Under the pieces are notes generated by a model. The model was given only the letters and a program-made list of their open reading frames with translations. It ran no database searches and had not been told where the DNA came from. A stretch of 64,000 nt of DNA from an uncultured Candidatus Saccharibacteria bacterium. GTDB taxonomy: Bacteria; Patescibacteriota; Minisyncoccia; Phycocordibacterales; Phycocordibacteraceae. Position numbers and translations under genes: made by a program. Shown here in pieces: positions 1 to 9,518 of this stretch. The stretch lies in contig CAYXYP010000004.1 in NCBI GenBank assembly GCA_964469405.1, forward strand, positions 7,717-71,716, given 5' to 3'. How positions within the stretch are numbered: position 1 is the first letter of the stretch; each line of letters begins with the position of its first letter.

Positions 1-980
1 CGCGTATTCGGTGTAAGAGAATGTGTTTCGAGGAAGTCGGCAAGGGTGACGTCGCCGAGCGCAAAGCCGACTGCAGGAATCGGGTCGCCACCAAAGAGGG
101 CGACGAGCTGGTCGTAGCGCCCGCCACCGAAAATGGCACGAGGATTCTCAATGTTCGTGTCGTAAACTTCGAAGACCATTCCGGTGTAGTAATCAAAGCC
201 ACGCGTGATGCTCGAATCGAAGACGACATTGCCGACACCATAGGTTGCGAGCACTTCAATGTGATTGAGCAACCGACTTTTCTCAAGGGCCACTTCAGGC
301 GGAGCGCTCGTATCTCCGATAATTGAGAGGGGATCTGTCTCCGAAATCGTGCTCGATGCCGCCGCAAAAGCTTCAAGGGTCATCTTTGATTTCTTGTCGA
401 GGAGTCGTAAGTACTGTCGGATACTTTCGCCCTTTAGTCCCGCTGCGGTACAAGCGGCGTTCAGAAGTGGTCGTGAATTTATCCGAATGACGAAGTCGCT
501 TTCTGTGGCGCCAAAAGATTTGAGTATGGTCGATGCGAGCCGCACGATCTCAATATCGGCTTCGCCTTCGGGAAGTCCAATGAGGTCAATGTCTGCTTGA
601 TAAAATTCGCGCAGGCGACCTTTCTGTGGTCGTTCGTAGCGGAAACGATTGCCGATAGAGAACCATCGCAATGGATAGCTGAGTTCGCGACGTTTTGCCG
701 CGACCATCCGAGCCAGAGTCGGTGTCATTTCAGGTCGCAATGTTACGCGACGCTCGCCACGATCGGTGAATGTGTAAGTCTGTTCATTAACGATCTCCTC
801 GGAGGTTTTTGCTTCGTAGAGTTCGGAGCGTTCGAGCGGGGAAGCGTTATATTCCTCGTAGCCCCAGAGCGTAAGCGTTTTACGTATTTGCGTGAACATC
901 GCCTCGAGACGTGTCCAATCACTAGGATAAAAGTCGCGAACTCCTTTATATGAATCGGTTGATAGTGGTGAGTCGAACAT
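1..980 (-). CDS. hisS: Histidine--tRNA ligase, 3' end beyond the window edge
   Basis: Not in the ORF track; translated by hand from ATG at 980: MFDSPLSTDSYKGVRDFYP...YTFTDRGERRVTLRPEMTPTLARM...ITRGFDYYTGMVFE, which are HisRS motifs. Confidence 0.95.
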   Translation of the reverse strand, partial: MFDSPLSTDSYKGVRDFYPSDWTRLEAMFTQIRKTLTLWGYEEYNASPLERSELYEAKTSEEIVNEQTYTFTDRGERRVTLRPEMTPTLARMVAAKRRELSYPLRWFSIGNRFRYERPQKGRLREFYQADIDLIGLPEGEADIEIVRLASTILKSFGATESDFVIRINSRPLLNAACTAAGLKGESIRQYLRLLDKKSKMTLEAFAAASSTISETDPLSIIGDTSAPPEVALEKSRLLNHIEVLATYGVGNVVFDSSITRGFDYYTGMVFEVYDTNIENPRAIFGGGRYDQLVALFGGDPIPAVGFALGDVTLADFLETHSLTPNT

Positions 981-993
981 AGGTCCGATTGTA

Positions 994-1746
994 TCAGATA
1001 CCAATAATTTTTGGCTTAGTCGAGACGTAGATAATGCGGGGTTTCCCGTATTGGTCGGTGCGTATTTCGGCCAAAAGACCTCGTGTCGCAAATATCCTTT
1101 GAGTCTCCTCAGCTTGAGAACTATCGCACTCAATCCATGCCTCACCGTCTTTGGAGAGGTATTTCGGGAGTTCCTTCGCGATGCGGCGAATGGTATCGAG
1201 TCCATCCGCTCCGGAATAGAGCGCGCGGGCCGGCTCGTAGAGAGCAACGCTTTCCGGTAGCACACGACCGGCCGGAATATAGGGAGGATTTACGGCGATG
1301 ACATTGAACTGCATGTCGCTGAATGGCTCAAATAAGTCACCGATGCGGATATCGGCGCGCATAGCATCAAGATTATTTTCTCGAATATTTTTTTGAATAG
1401 TCGCTTTGTGCGCCGAGTCGATTTCGCCGAAAGATACCTGCATGTGCGGGAGTTTCGAGAGCACGGCACAGCCAATAGCGCCAGAGCCTGCGCAGAGATC
1501 AAGAAAGCCCATGTAGGACGTACGACGTCCTACATGGGTAAGGAGTTGCTCCGTCCACCATTCTGTTTCGGGGCGGGGAATGAGTGGCTTCGAGTCGAGA
1601 TGGATTTTCAATCCAAGAAATGGTTGCCAGCCAATGACGTAACCAAGCGGCTCGCTAGAAGCGAGCCGCTTCTTATCGATTTCGTAGGCCGCTGTTTCTT
1701 TCCCAGCGTATTTTTCATCTAGGAGCCATTGCTCATCGCGAGTCAT
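994..1746 (-). CDS. prmC: Release factor glutamine methyltransferase PrmC/HemK
   Basis: EPLGYVIG, LIPRPETE, LDLCAGSG and NPPY motifs. Confidence 0.93.
   Translation of the reverse strand: MTRDEQWLLDEKYAGKETAAYEIDKKRLASSEPLGYVIGWQPFLGLKIHLDSKPLIPRPETEWWTEQLLTHVGRRTSYMGFLDLCAGSGAIGCAVLSKLPHMQVSFGEIDSAHKATIQKNIRENNLDAMRADIRIGDLFEPFSDMQFNVIAVNPPYIPAGRVLPESVALYEPARALYSGADGLDTIRRIAKELPKYLSKDGEAWIECDSSQAEETQRIFATRGLLAEIRTDQYGKPRIIYVSTKPKIIGI
1508..1538. repeat. Perfect 14-bp inverted repeat inside prmC
   Basis: cccatgtaggacgt-acg-acgtcctacatggg; encodes THVGRRTSYMG. Confidence 0.9.
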
Positions 1747-1770
1747 AAGGGAACGCTAGCATATAAGAAG

Positions 1771-1801
1771 AAAGCCCGCCCTCCGAAGGAGGGCGGGCTT
1801 T
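1771..1801 (-). terminator. Intrinsic terminator of the RRM gene
   Basis: Minus strand aaagcccgccctcc-ttc-ggagggcgggcttt followed by cttctt, 26 nt after the stop. Confidence 0.85.
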
Positions 1802-1827
1802 CCCCAAGTCTGTTTGACGATAAGGGA

Positions 1828-2223
1828 TTAGTATCCGCCGCGACCGTATCCGCCGCCGCCGTTACCACCACCAAAACCGCCACGATCACCACCGCGGTCA
1901 CCGCCGCCAAATCCACCCTCGCGGCGTGGAGGACGATCACCTTGTGGGCGAGCGAAGGAAACTGAGAGCGTACGCCCATCAAGTTCCTTGCCGTCCAAAC
2001 GGTCGATTGCCGCCTGAGCTTCCGCTTCAGTGGCCATCTCGACGAAGCCGAAGCCTCGTGAGCGACCCGTCATGCGATCACTAATAATGCTCGCGGAAAC
2101 GACATTTCCGGCCTCACCGAAGGCCTTCTTGATATCATCTTCCGTCGAACGATAAGGAATACCACCTACGTAAAGCTTGTTCCCTTGCACCGATGCTCCT
2201 GCTGCTGGCTGCTGATTGTCCAT
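1828..2223 (-). CDS. RRM RNA-binding protein with Gly-rich tail
   Basis: RNP2 KLYVGGI, RNP1 RGFGFVEM, GGF/RGG C-terminal tail. Confidence 0.95.
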   Translation of the reverse strand: MDNQQPAAGASVQGNKLYVGGIPYRSTEDDIKKAFGEAGNVVSASIISDRMTGRSRGFGFVEMATEAEAQAAIDRLDGKELDGRTLSVSFARPQGDRPPRREGGFGGGDRGGDRGGFGGGNGGGGYGRGGY

Positions 2224-2412
2224 GTATTGGATCTAACTGATTAACCTCGCCGAAACTGAAAACTTTGCTTGCTCTTGTGGAGGGCGAAGCTCTAATACTC
2301 TGCGAGTGGGGACAGTATGCCAGAAATGTGTAGGAAACACAAGGCAAGGTGGGGATATTAGAAAATTGCGGTACGATTTGCGAAATTAACCATATCGGCA
2401 TATTGTGCCTTC

Positions 2413-3213
2413 ATGAAAACCGCCAAGAAAGTTAGCTGGGTCGCCGTGTCAGGAGGATTCGACCCTATACATATCGGCCACGTTCGCATGTTTGAGAAGG
2501 CAAAGAAATTTGGCGATAAACTTGTGGTTATCGTCAACAACGATAATTGGCTTCTCGCCAAAAAGGGCTACGTATTTATGTCCGAAAAGGAACGTTGCGA
2601 AATTATTGCATCGTTTCCTTCCGTCGACAAAGTCATTTTGACCTCACATAAGCCAAACGATCCAGACAGAAGTGTTTGTCGCGAACTCACGAAATTAAAA
2701 CCCGCAATATTTGCAAATGGAGGTGACCGCAAAAGTACGAAAGATATTCCTGAAGCCGTCGTCTGCGAGAAGTACGGAATAAAGATGGTCTTTAATATCG
2801 GTCACGGCGGTAAAGTCCAGTCATCCTCGTGGCTTGCGCGCGATGCGAGTCGTAACTTCGCTCGCTCGGTGCGCCCATGGGGTGAATTCTACGGATGGGA
2901 TTCTGGGAAGGAGTGGAAACTGAAGACTCTCTATGTGAAAGCCGGACAACGTCTGAGTCTGCAGTATCATCATCATCGGACCGAACATTGGATTCTCGTT
3001 GAGGGCGATGTAACTGCGACACTACAAAAACCAGGCGGAATCTCAAAGCGTATGTCGCTCAAGAAAGGGGAGGTTATATTTGTCGATCGAAAGGATGTGC
3101 ATCGACTCGAATCGAAGAAAGGTGGAATCGTTGTCGAGATCGGATTTGGGAATTTTGACGAGAACGACATCGTGCGGCTTGAGGACGATCATGGTCGCGC
3201 AGCAGAACAATAG
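2413..3213 (+). CDS. Cytidylyl/adenylyltransferase (HIGH family) fused to a ManC-type cupin
   Basis: SGGFDPIHIGH and NGGD in the N-terminal domain; RPWG...RLSLQYHHHRTEHW...ENDIVRLEDD in the C-terminal domain. Confidence 0.85.
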   Translation: MKTAKKVSWVAVSGGFDPIHIGHVRMFEKAKKFGDKLVVIVNNDNWLLAKKGYVFMSEKERCEIIASFPSVDKVILTSHKPNDPDRSVCRELTKLKPAIFANGGDRKSTKDIPEAVVCEKYGIKMVFNIGHGGKVQSSSWLARDASRNFARSVRPWGEFYGWDSGKEWKLKTLYVKAGQRLSLQYHHHRTEHWILVEGDVTATLQKPGGISKRMSLKKGEVIFVDRKDVHRLESKKGGIVVEIGFGNFDENDIVRLEDDHGRAAEQ

Positions 3214-3241
3214 CTCTAGTCCAAGATTAGCCAAATTATTT

Positions 3242-4549
3242 CTATTGCGTTTTCAGTTGAAGTTTTTTGTATAGATACGCACGCACTTTGTACCACCAGT
3301 CGGGGTTAATCGGTTTAAGGTGCACATCCTGTCTAACGATAGTGGTTGTTGCGTTTTCAGGCATGTGAAGCGTTACAGGATCATAGCCGTCTGCCTGCAC
3401 CGTTACTTCTTTATATTGTCTCGGTACGAATATTTGGTAGGTTCCATCCGACACAGTCGCATAATTGGTACCATTCACATTCACCCTCACTCCGCCCATG
3501 CTCTCGCCGAGAGAGTCATAGATTACTCCTTGTAGGTTGAATGCTTTGAAATAATTTTGCACGGTGAAATACGCCGCACGCGGCGTGCCGTCGTCGTTTA
3601 GAAGTGCTGTCGATCCTCCGCTGAGGGTCCAGTAATTCACGACAGGAATATGTGCGCGCTCCAGATACATTGCTTTGAAAAGAGAGTCAATATAATTTGC
3701 TTGTTCGGTTTGCGTCATCCATCCGTTCAAGTCGGGGATCGGTGCGCCAAATTCACCGAGTCCCACATTGGCTTTCAATTGCTCGGGGATGGCTTTGATA
3801 TCGCCTGCAAATTGTTCCGGCGTGTGCACGTAATGATCGATAAGAATTGTCCCGCCAAAAGCTCGAACAGTTGCTGGAGTAATAATTTGTCGAGCAATAT
3901 CGGCGTTCATAGAGGGGTATACGGCGACATGTTTGTCTTGTAGCGCAAATTCGTTGTCGGCAATTGTTTTTTCATCTCTAAGAAATGCATTGTACCCAGC
4001 TACATCACCCGTCTGGCGTGGATCACCTGGTCCGCCATTTTCGCACTCTGGACAAGGGCTAAAAACGTCTCCATTCTGAAAGAGTTCGGTATTATCATCT
4101 AAAAAGATTACTAGTAACTGCGTATGTGCAGTACGGTCAACTTTGGGATAATTAAACCACCCCTCCCATCCCGAGAAATTACCTCTGAACCACACTGAGA
4201 GGTGGTGTGATCGAGCGGATGCGACCCATAGTCTTAGGACGGGAAGAAACTCAGTGTCATAGGGGGTAGCAATCGCTACGTGCGTGGCACCCGCATCTGC
4301 GATACGGGCCATTTGCTTGTCTACCATTGGTTTGAATGCATTTGGATTATTGAGCATTTGTCTCGACATGTCGCGCGAGGATTTCATCGTGTCGATGGAC
4401 TGCACGCTAAAAAGATTTCCGGTAGTGGTTGGGGCGAAATAATATAAAGTGTTTCCGTGATAGGACAGGAGGAACATATATAATGCGAAAACGATTACCG
4501 AGGAAGATACGGCAAGTGTGATGAATGTGCGGAATAAAAATTTGCGCAT
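3242..4549 (-). CDS. Membrane-anchored putative glycoside hydrolase-like TIM barrel with C-terminal carboxypeptidase-regulatory-like beta domain
   Basis: N-terminal TM; PECENG, GEFG and NYW resemble clan GH-A catalytic motifs; GVIYDSLG..GVRV..DGTY..VQADGY beta-sandwich pattern. Confidence 0.55.
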   Translation of the reverse strand: MRKFLFRTFITLAVSSSVIVFALYMFLLSYHGNTLYYFAPTTTGNLFSVQSIDTMKSSRDMSRQMLNNPNAFKPMVDKQMARIADAGATHVAIATPYDTEFLPVLRLWVASARSHHLSVWFRGNFSGWEGWFNYPKVDRTAHTQLLVIFLDDNTELFQNGDVFSPCPECENGGPGDPRQTGDVAGYNAFLRDEKTIADNEFALQDKHVAVYPSMNADIARQIITPATVRAFGGTILIDHYVHTPEQFAGDIKAIPEQLKANVGLGEFGAPIPDLNGWMTQTEQANYIDSLFKAMYLERAHIPVVNYWTLSGGSTALLNDDGTPRAAYFTVQNYFKAFNLQGVIYDSLGESMGGVRVNVNGTNYATVSDGTYQIFVPRQYKEVTVQADGYDPVTLHMPENATTTIVRQDVHLKPINPDWWYKVRAYLYKKLQLKTQ

Positions 4550-4552
4550 TGT

Positions 4553-6235
4553 CTAATTCGATGCGGGTACATCATTCCTTTCGAATATAAGGACTTCATT
4601 TGAAGTATATGCTTTATTGAAATATTTATATAGTCGCGCATTGATTTTTGGGTTATCGTTTATGCTCGTCCATACGGTGTCGTTTTTCTGCATGACTATC
4701 CAGCGCGCGTATTTCTCGGGTGTGATGAGCGATTCTTCCCAGTATGGCTTGTTACCGATGTAGATAATGTCCTTCATTTTGATGGGCGAACGAATGATGC
4801 TGATTGTTCGCGCAAAATCATCTGTTAATACCATGCCGCGATCGTAGTGAGATTCAAGCCAGAGTTGTGCATCAGGTATTTTTGCTGTTGCAGATGATAG
4901 GCCTGCAATACCATCTTGCAAGGCAAGCACCGGGGTGAATCCGATGAAGAAGAAAATGCACTGCAACGCGAGCAATCCCCCGATGAGTGTACGACCAAAA
5001 GTCCCACTACGAGAAAACAGATATCCTATGAAGAGCGCAATAACGGGCACCATCATAGCGCCGTAGCGCACATTGAAAAGTGTCCATTCAAAAGTAATCG
5101 GCGTGATGCCTGGTAGGAATATGACCGACTGGCCTAGGAATAAGGTGAGGACATTAAAAAATAATGGGACGAGAAGTACCAATAATATGAGCCATCGGTA
5201 GCGCATTTTTCTACTGAATCCAAACATAAATAGCCCCACAAGTGCGATGCACGCTAGGAGTGTTCCAACGCTCTGCATACTCGTGACCGTGTAATAAAGC
5301 AGCGCTACAAGGATATTGTGGTATGCGGGCAGCTCGCCTCTAACGAGCCAACTATTTTGTTGCGAGCTGGCTGAGAATTGACTGTGAGTGAAATAGAGTG
5401 GATCGCCGAGAATGAGAGCTCCCCATGAGAGCCAGAGGAAAATGCCAAAGAACGCTAATGTTATGAACAATATTTCGCGCCCCTCGAGTCGGTGCCATAG
5501 TTCCAAGAGCGTGCGCTTGCTCTTATGTATGAAGAGAGGCACTCGCTTACTCTGCAATCGAAACCAGGTGAGATTAAATCTCAAAGGAAAATAGTAGAGA
5601 AAGAGCACTCCTGCTTCCATCATCACGAGCGCCCAGCCGTCGTAGCGTGAGAGGGAAGCGCAGAATCCAAATCCTGCCGCTGCGATAAGCATGAGCAGTT
5701 TCGTATCATCGAGGAGAAACCGTATGAAGAAATAGCTTGAGAGAATGAAGAAGACGACCAGTGGGAGCTCGGTCATCGGTGTTGATTGTAGATAGAGGAT
5801 GTTGGGATTCGACATGAACACTATCGCTGCAAAAAAGGCTGCGCTCTTATTTCTGGTGAGAAGGTGAACGAGTTTGTATATATAAAGACTCGAAATAACA
5901 AAAGCAATGCCAGATATGATTGATCCCGCGAGTCCAGTACGCCAAAGGAAATCAAAGTATACGAATGGTATGAGCAATACGTGCGGCAAGGGCAACCAAA
6001 TACCGCCAAGCTGGGCAAAGCCAGGGGTGAGACTGTCTACGACGCGCTTGGCGATGTTGAGGTGCGACTCTGCATCCCCGTAGGCAGCGATGTATCCGTG
6101 AGTAAACGAATATGCCGTCGCGAGTATCGCGACGAATACGGCGAGTATAACGACCCACCACTCGGGAGTGAGCCATATACTCGGACGAAGTATCCATTCA
6201 AAATATTTCTTTCTGATGACAAAGGTGCTATTCAT
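4553..6235 (-). CDS. GT-C fold polytopic glycosyltransferase (PMT/ArnT-like, GT39-like)
   Basis: Many TMs; YGDAESH after TM1, WLPLPH, MTE, SRYDGW and NVRY motifs. Confidence 0.8.
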   Translation of the reverse strand: MNSTFVIRKKYFEWILRPSIWLTPEWWVVILAVFVAILATAYSFTHGYIAAYGDAESHLNIAKRVVDSLTPGFAQLGGIWLPLPHVLLIPFVYFDFLWRTGLAGSIISGIAFVISSLYIYKLVHLLTRNKSAAFFAAIVFMSNPNILYLQSTPMTELPLVVFFILSSYFFIRFLLDDTKLLMLIAAAGFGFCASLSRYDGWALVMMEAGVLFLYYFPLRFNLTWFRLQSKRVPLFIHKSKRTLLELWHRLEGREILFITLAFFGIFLWLSWGALILGDPLYFTHSQFSASSQQNSWLVRGELPAYHNILVALLYYTVTSMQSVGTLLACIALVGLFMFGFSRKMRYRWLILLVLLVPLFFNVLTLFLGQSVIFLPGITPITFEWTLFNVRYGAMMVPVIALFIGYLFSRSGTFGRTLIGGLLALQCIFFFIGFTPVLALQDGIAGLSSATAKIPDAQLWLESHYDRGMVLTDDFARTISIIRSPIKMKDIIYIGNKPYWEESLITPEKYARWIVMQKNDTVWTSINDNPKINARLYKYFNKAYTSNEVLIFERNDVPASN

Positions 6236-9200
6236 GGCGACGAATGTATGACAAGAGGAGTACGATTGCTGCGATAACTGCTATCACCACATATATGATG
6301 AGGAAATATTCCATCAAGGTGAGATGGATATACATATACGTCTTGTACACAAAGCTGCCACTTATATTGTCTTGCAGGAGTGGAATATCTTTCAAATAAT
6401 TGTATGTCTTTATTGGAAGTAATATTGCCTCAGATTTTTTTGGAATAGCATTTGATGTTAATGCTCCAAGAAGTGCTATGGCTGATGAGAAGAGGAACAG
6501 TGCGAATGCGGCGATTTTTTTTGGACCAAGAAATCGCCCATAGGAAAGTGCTATACCCACAAAAAGCGCGAGCCATGGCATTGCGGGGATGAGGTATCGC
6601 GGACCATACGCTGACCCTCCCCACGGATCACCCCATGCGCAGTACAGAAATATATTCGTCGCAATGAGAGCAATTGGTACGATATATATAGTACGATAGG
6701 TCTTCTTCCTGCGGAGAACATACATGATGCCAAGGAGCGAAAAAATAAATATCGGCGAGAAAAAGAATAGACCCCGCTCGTCAGAAAATAAGAGGACATA
6801 AAAACTGTTTGGTATGGATTTCTCATGGAAAAATCCAACAGCAGTTTTATCTTTTATTGGGACAGTGCTTGTGGCTGTTGCCGAAGTTGTAGTCGAGGAC
6901 GCCTTCGCAATTGCTGGCGTACTTGTCGCAGTGACAACTTTGTATCCTTTTAACTCTCCTGCAAGATGGCTCCATCCGCCGTAGTACGTGGCATTGTGCC
7001 AGAAATGTAGGCTGGTAACGAAAGCGAATACCACAAATGTCGCAATCGCACTCCATTGTATCGATATCGCAATACCCTCACGAATTTTTTTGAACGAGAA
7101 TGTCGAGACCGCGAGATAGATCATGACCGGTAGCATAAGTACGGCATTTGGGTAGTCGACGAAGATTGCAAGCGCATACGCGAGCCACACATACGCCGCA
7201 TAGAGGAATCTATATCGAGCGTCGCTTTGTGAGAAGCGCCATGCTGCATAAAATGCGGTGACGATAAAACATGCCGTAAAAGCGTTTTGATAGAGAGTGA
7301 TGGCATAGCTCCATGAGGTTGATCCAAATGCGTAGACAAGGACGGCGAATAATGCAGCCCATCGCGGTAATGCGAAGATACGTAGCCCGATGAGATATAT
7401 GAAAACGAGCGTAACGATGCTTATGAGGGATTCTGCAGAAAAGGTAGCAACTTGTCCGAGTCCATATTGCGCACCAAAAAGATAGAAGGGAAGAGTAAAA
7501 TACGAAACACCCGGGGCGAAATAGCTGTCTAATTTTCCATCAGACGACACGCCAACATCAGGATAGGCGATATCAGCCCATGTTTTCGAGAGATTATAGA
7601 CTCCATTCTCAGCCATGTTTGCGACTTGGGTATAGCGGCCACGCTCAGGGGACAATTCAAAAGCGTTTGTTGGTTGGTCTAAATTATTCTTGAATTGATC
7701 TTCGGTTGGATTTCCTGGTGCGCCACGCAACGTCAGTCCGTACATGACGAGACCAAGCATGACGATTGCTATGATGATGGCCGTATCTTTCTTTATAGTT
7801 ATTTTGCTCAGCCAGCTACTTTTTTTGGGAGTTTCTTTCCGCGGCGAGTAATACACTTCTGGTACTAAGGGAATATTCCCATCGGGAAACATCATTTTGG
7901 TCTGACTTGTGTATTCTTTGATCATCCCGAGTTTCATCTCCGGCTCTTCCTCGAAACGAAATACTTCAGTCGCGAGAGGATTGTCATCTTTCGAACCTAG
8001 AACGTTCTTCATATTGTAAGGGAAATCCTTCCACAGAATTACATTTTCGAAATTTTTGAGGCATACATCGCGGACGATCACGTGATCAATGTGTGATTTC
8101 AGAGCGAGCGGGCAGAAAATGACGAATTGTTTCTCATTCGCAATGAGCGCCCTTAATTCTTCCCCGAGGGAACGCATAAGATCTGTGTCGTGGGATGAAA
8201 TTGCTCCGCGGGCGATGTGTAATTGGTGTATCGGATACAAGTGCAAAAATTCCGGAAGAATACGGGAGAGTAGTTGGCGGAACTTACTCGGAGACGTTAT
8301 TTTTCTCCATGAAGCATCGATATATCCAAGATGGTGTGGAGTAATCCCGATACGTGAGTATGCTTTGCGGTCCTCTTCTTTTCGATCAATAAGGAGTTGA
8401 TTAGTATCCGTATACCCACACCGGTACAAGAATCGTAGGACGGAAAGCGTGTATGGTGGCGTCGACGCAGCGGTAAAAACGCTTATAACTTCGACTTGCG
8501 TATGCTTCGACAGGTGCGTAATTAAACCACCCGCCGATAGAGCAGCATCATCCAAGTGTGGAGAAATAAAATAGCACGGGATTTTCCCCGTAATTATTTT
8601 CTGCAAAAAATGAGTGTCGCCCATACTCGCCCGTATTTTTTTAGAGCTTTCTGCCATCTCCCACAATGAAGTAAACTTGTCGGTTTTGTGCAAGCGAACA
8701 TATAACAATATCAGAATAAAATTTATGGAAAAAATAGGGTGCGTGAAAAATTCTTTTACCATTTCCCTGAGTATGAGTCCGGGTGGAATAGCATATGCTT
8801 TTCTGGCCTCATCGCCAAATATATCAATCACAGCCTCTTTGCCTGCAGCAAAACGAGAACTCTGTTTTATATGGTCGCGGAGATTTGTTGGGCAACGAAA
8901 TATCGCTCGAGGATATTTTACGGAAACAAAATGCATTTTGTTTCCCATACAAAACATATACGACATAGCATCATACGGAGTATTGTCTGGGTACTGAATC
9001 GTTGCATATAATTTCTTTGAGAATGCCTGAGCAGGACCGAAACAAGTGTAAAGATTGTTCCCACTTCCTATCGATAAAAATAATTTCTGTTTCAATTCAT
9101 GATTCCAGACAAGAACCTTTTCAGTAAATGTTTTTGGGTTTGAAGGAAGAAGTGCCGCGCTCGTTAGTCCGACGGAGGAGTCATTAATAATTGGGCGTAT

Positions 9201-9518
9201 CAGTTCCTCTACAAAAAACTCATTTTCAGGCAAAATATCCGCATCGAGCATTACCATGATGTCGACTGTGGCATGTCGCAATAGCATATTTTTAGCTCGA
9301 ATGGCTCCGCCTCTTGTCTCAGAGCGGATAAGTTTTACTTTTTCTCCTGCGAACGAACGAACGATAGCGTCTGTCTCATCCGTACTGGCGTCGGATACGA
9401 CCACTATTTCAACTAGGTCTGCAGTATCGATCTTCTGACGAAGGAGTTCAGTCAGAAGCACCCCGATATTTTCGGCTTCATTATATGCAGCTATGGTAAT
9501 AGTGAGTGTAGGTTTCAT
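6228..9518 (-). CDS. GT2 glycosyltransferase + PIG-L-type deacetylase + GT-C membrane glycosyltransferase fusion
   Basis: AYNE/DASTD/LDAD (GT2); SPHLDDAALS..RKEED..HIDH (PIG-L/LmbE); polytopic C-terminus with GLFFFSP and YGPRYLIP. Start set at the ATGA overlap, 9518. Confidence 0.85.
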   Translation of the reverse strand: MKPTLTITIAAYNEAENIGVLLTELLRQKIDTADLVEIVVVSDASTDETDAIVRSFAGEKVKLIRSETRGGAIRAKNMLLRHATVDIMVMLDADILPENEFFVEELIRPIINDSSVGLTSAALLPSNPKTFTEKVLVWNHELKQKLFLSIGSGNNLYTCFGPAQAFSKKLYATIQYPDNTPYDAMSYMFCMGNKMHFVSVKYPRAIFRCPTNLRDHIKQSSRFAAGKEAVIDIFGDEARKAYAIPPGLILREMVKEFFTHPIFSINFILILLYVRLHKTDKFTSLWEMAESSKKIRASMGDTHFLQKIITGKIPCYFISPHLDDAALSAGGLITHLSKHTQVEVISVFTAASTPPYTLSVLRFLYRCGYTDTNQLLIDRKEEDRKAYSRIGITPHHLGYIDASWRKITSPSKFRQLLSRILPEFLHLYPIHQLHIARGAISSHDTDLMRSLGEELRALIANEKQFVIFCPLALKSHIDHVIVRDVCLKNFENVILWKDFPYNMKNVLGSKDDNPLATEVFRFEEEPEMKLGMIKEYTSQTKMMFPDGNIPLVPEVYYSPRKETPKKSSWLSKITIKKDTAIIIAIVMLGLVMYGLTLRGAPGNPTEDQFKNNLDQPTNAFELSPERGRYTQVANMAENGVYNLSKTWADIAYPDVGVSSDGKLDSYFAPGVSYFTLPFYLFGAQYGLGQVATFSAESLISIVTLVFIYLIGLRIFALPRWAALFAVLVYAFGSTSWSYAITLYQNAFTACFIVTAFYAAWRFSQSDARYRFLYAAYVWLAYALAIFVDYPNAVLMLPVMIYLAVSTFSFKKIREGIAISIQWSAIATFVVFAFVTSLHFWHNATYYGGWSHLAGELKGYKVVTATSTPAIAKASSTTTSATATSTVPIKDKTAVGFFHEKSIPNSFYVLLFSDERGLFFFSPIFIFSLLGIMYVLRRKKTYRTIYIVPIALIATNIFLYCAWGDPWGGSAYGPRYLIPAMPWLALFVGIALSYGRFLGPKKIAAFALFLFSSAIALLGALTSNAIPKKSEAILLPIKTYNYLKDIPLLQDNISGSFVYKTYMYIHLTLMEYFLIIYVVIAVIAAIVLLLSYIRRHE

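Noticed and set aside
21-953. Three plus-strand ORFs (21-326, 265-600, 597-953)
   Set aside because: Antisense shadows of hisS, which the track missed because it runs off the window.
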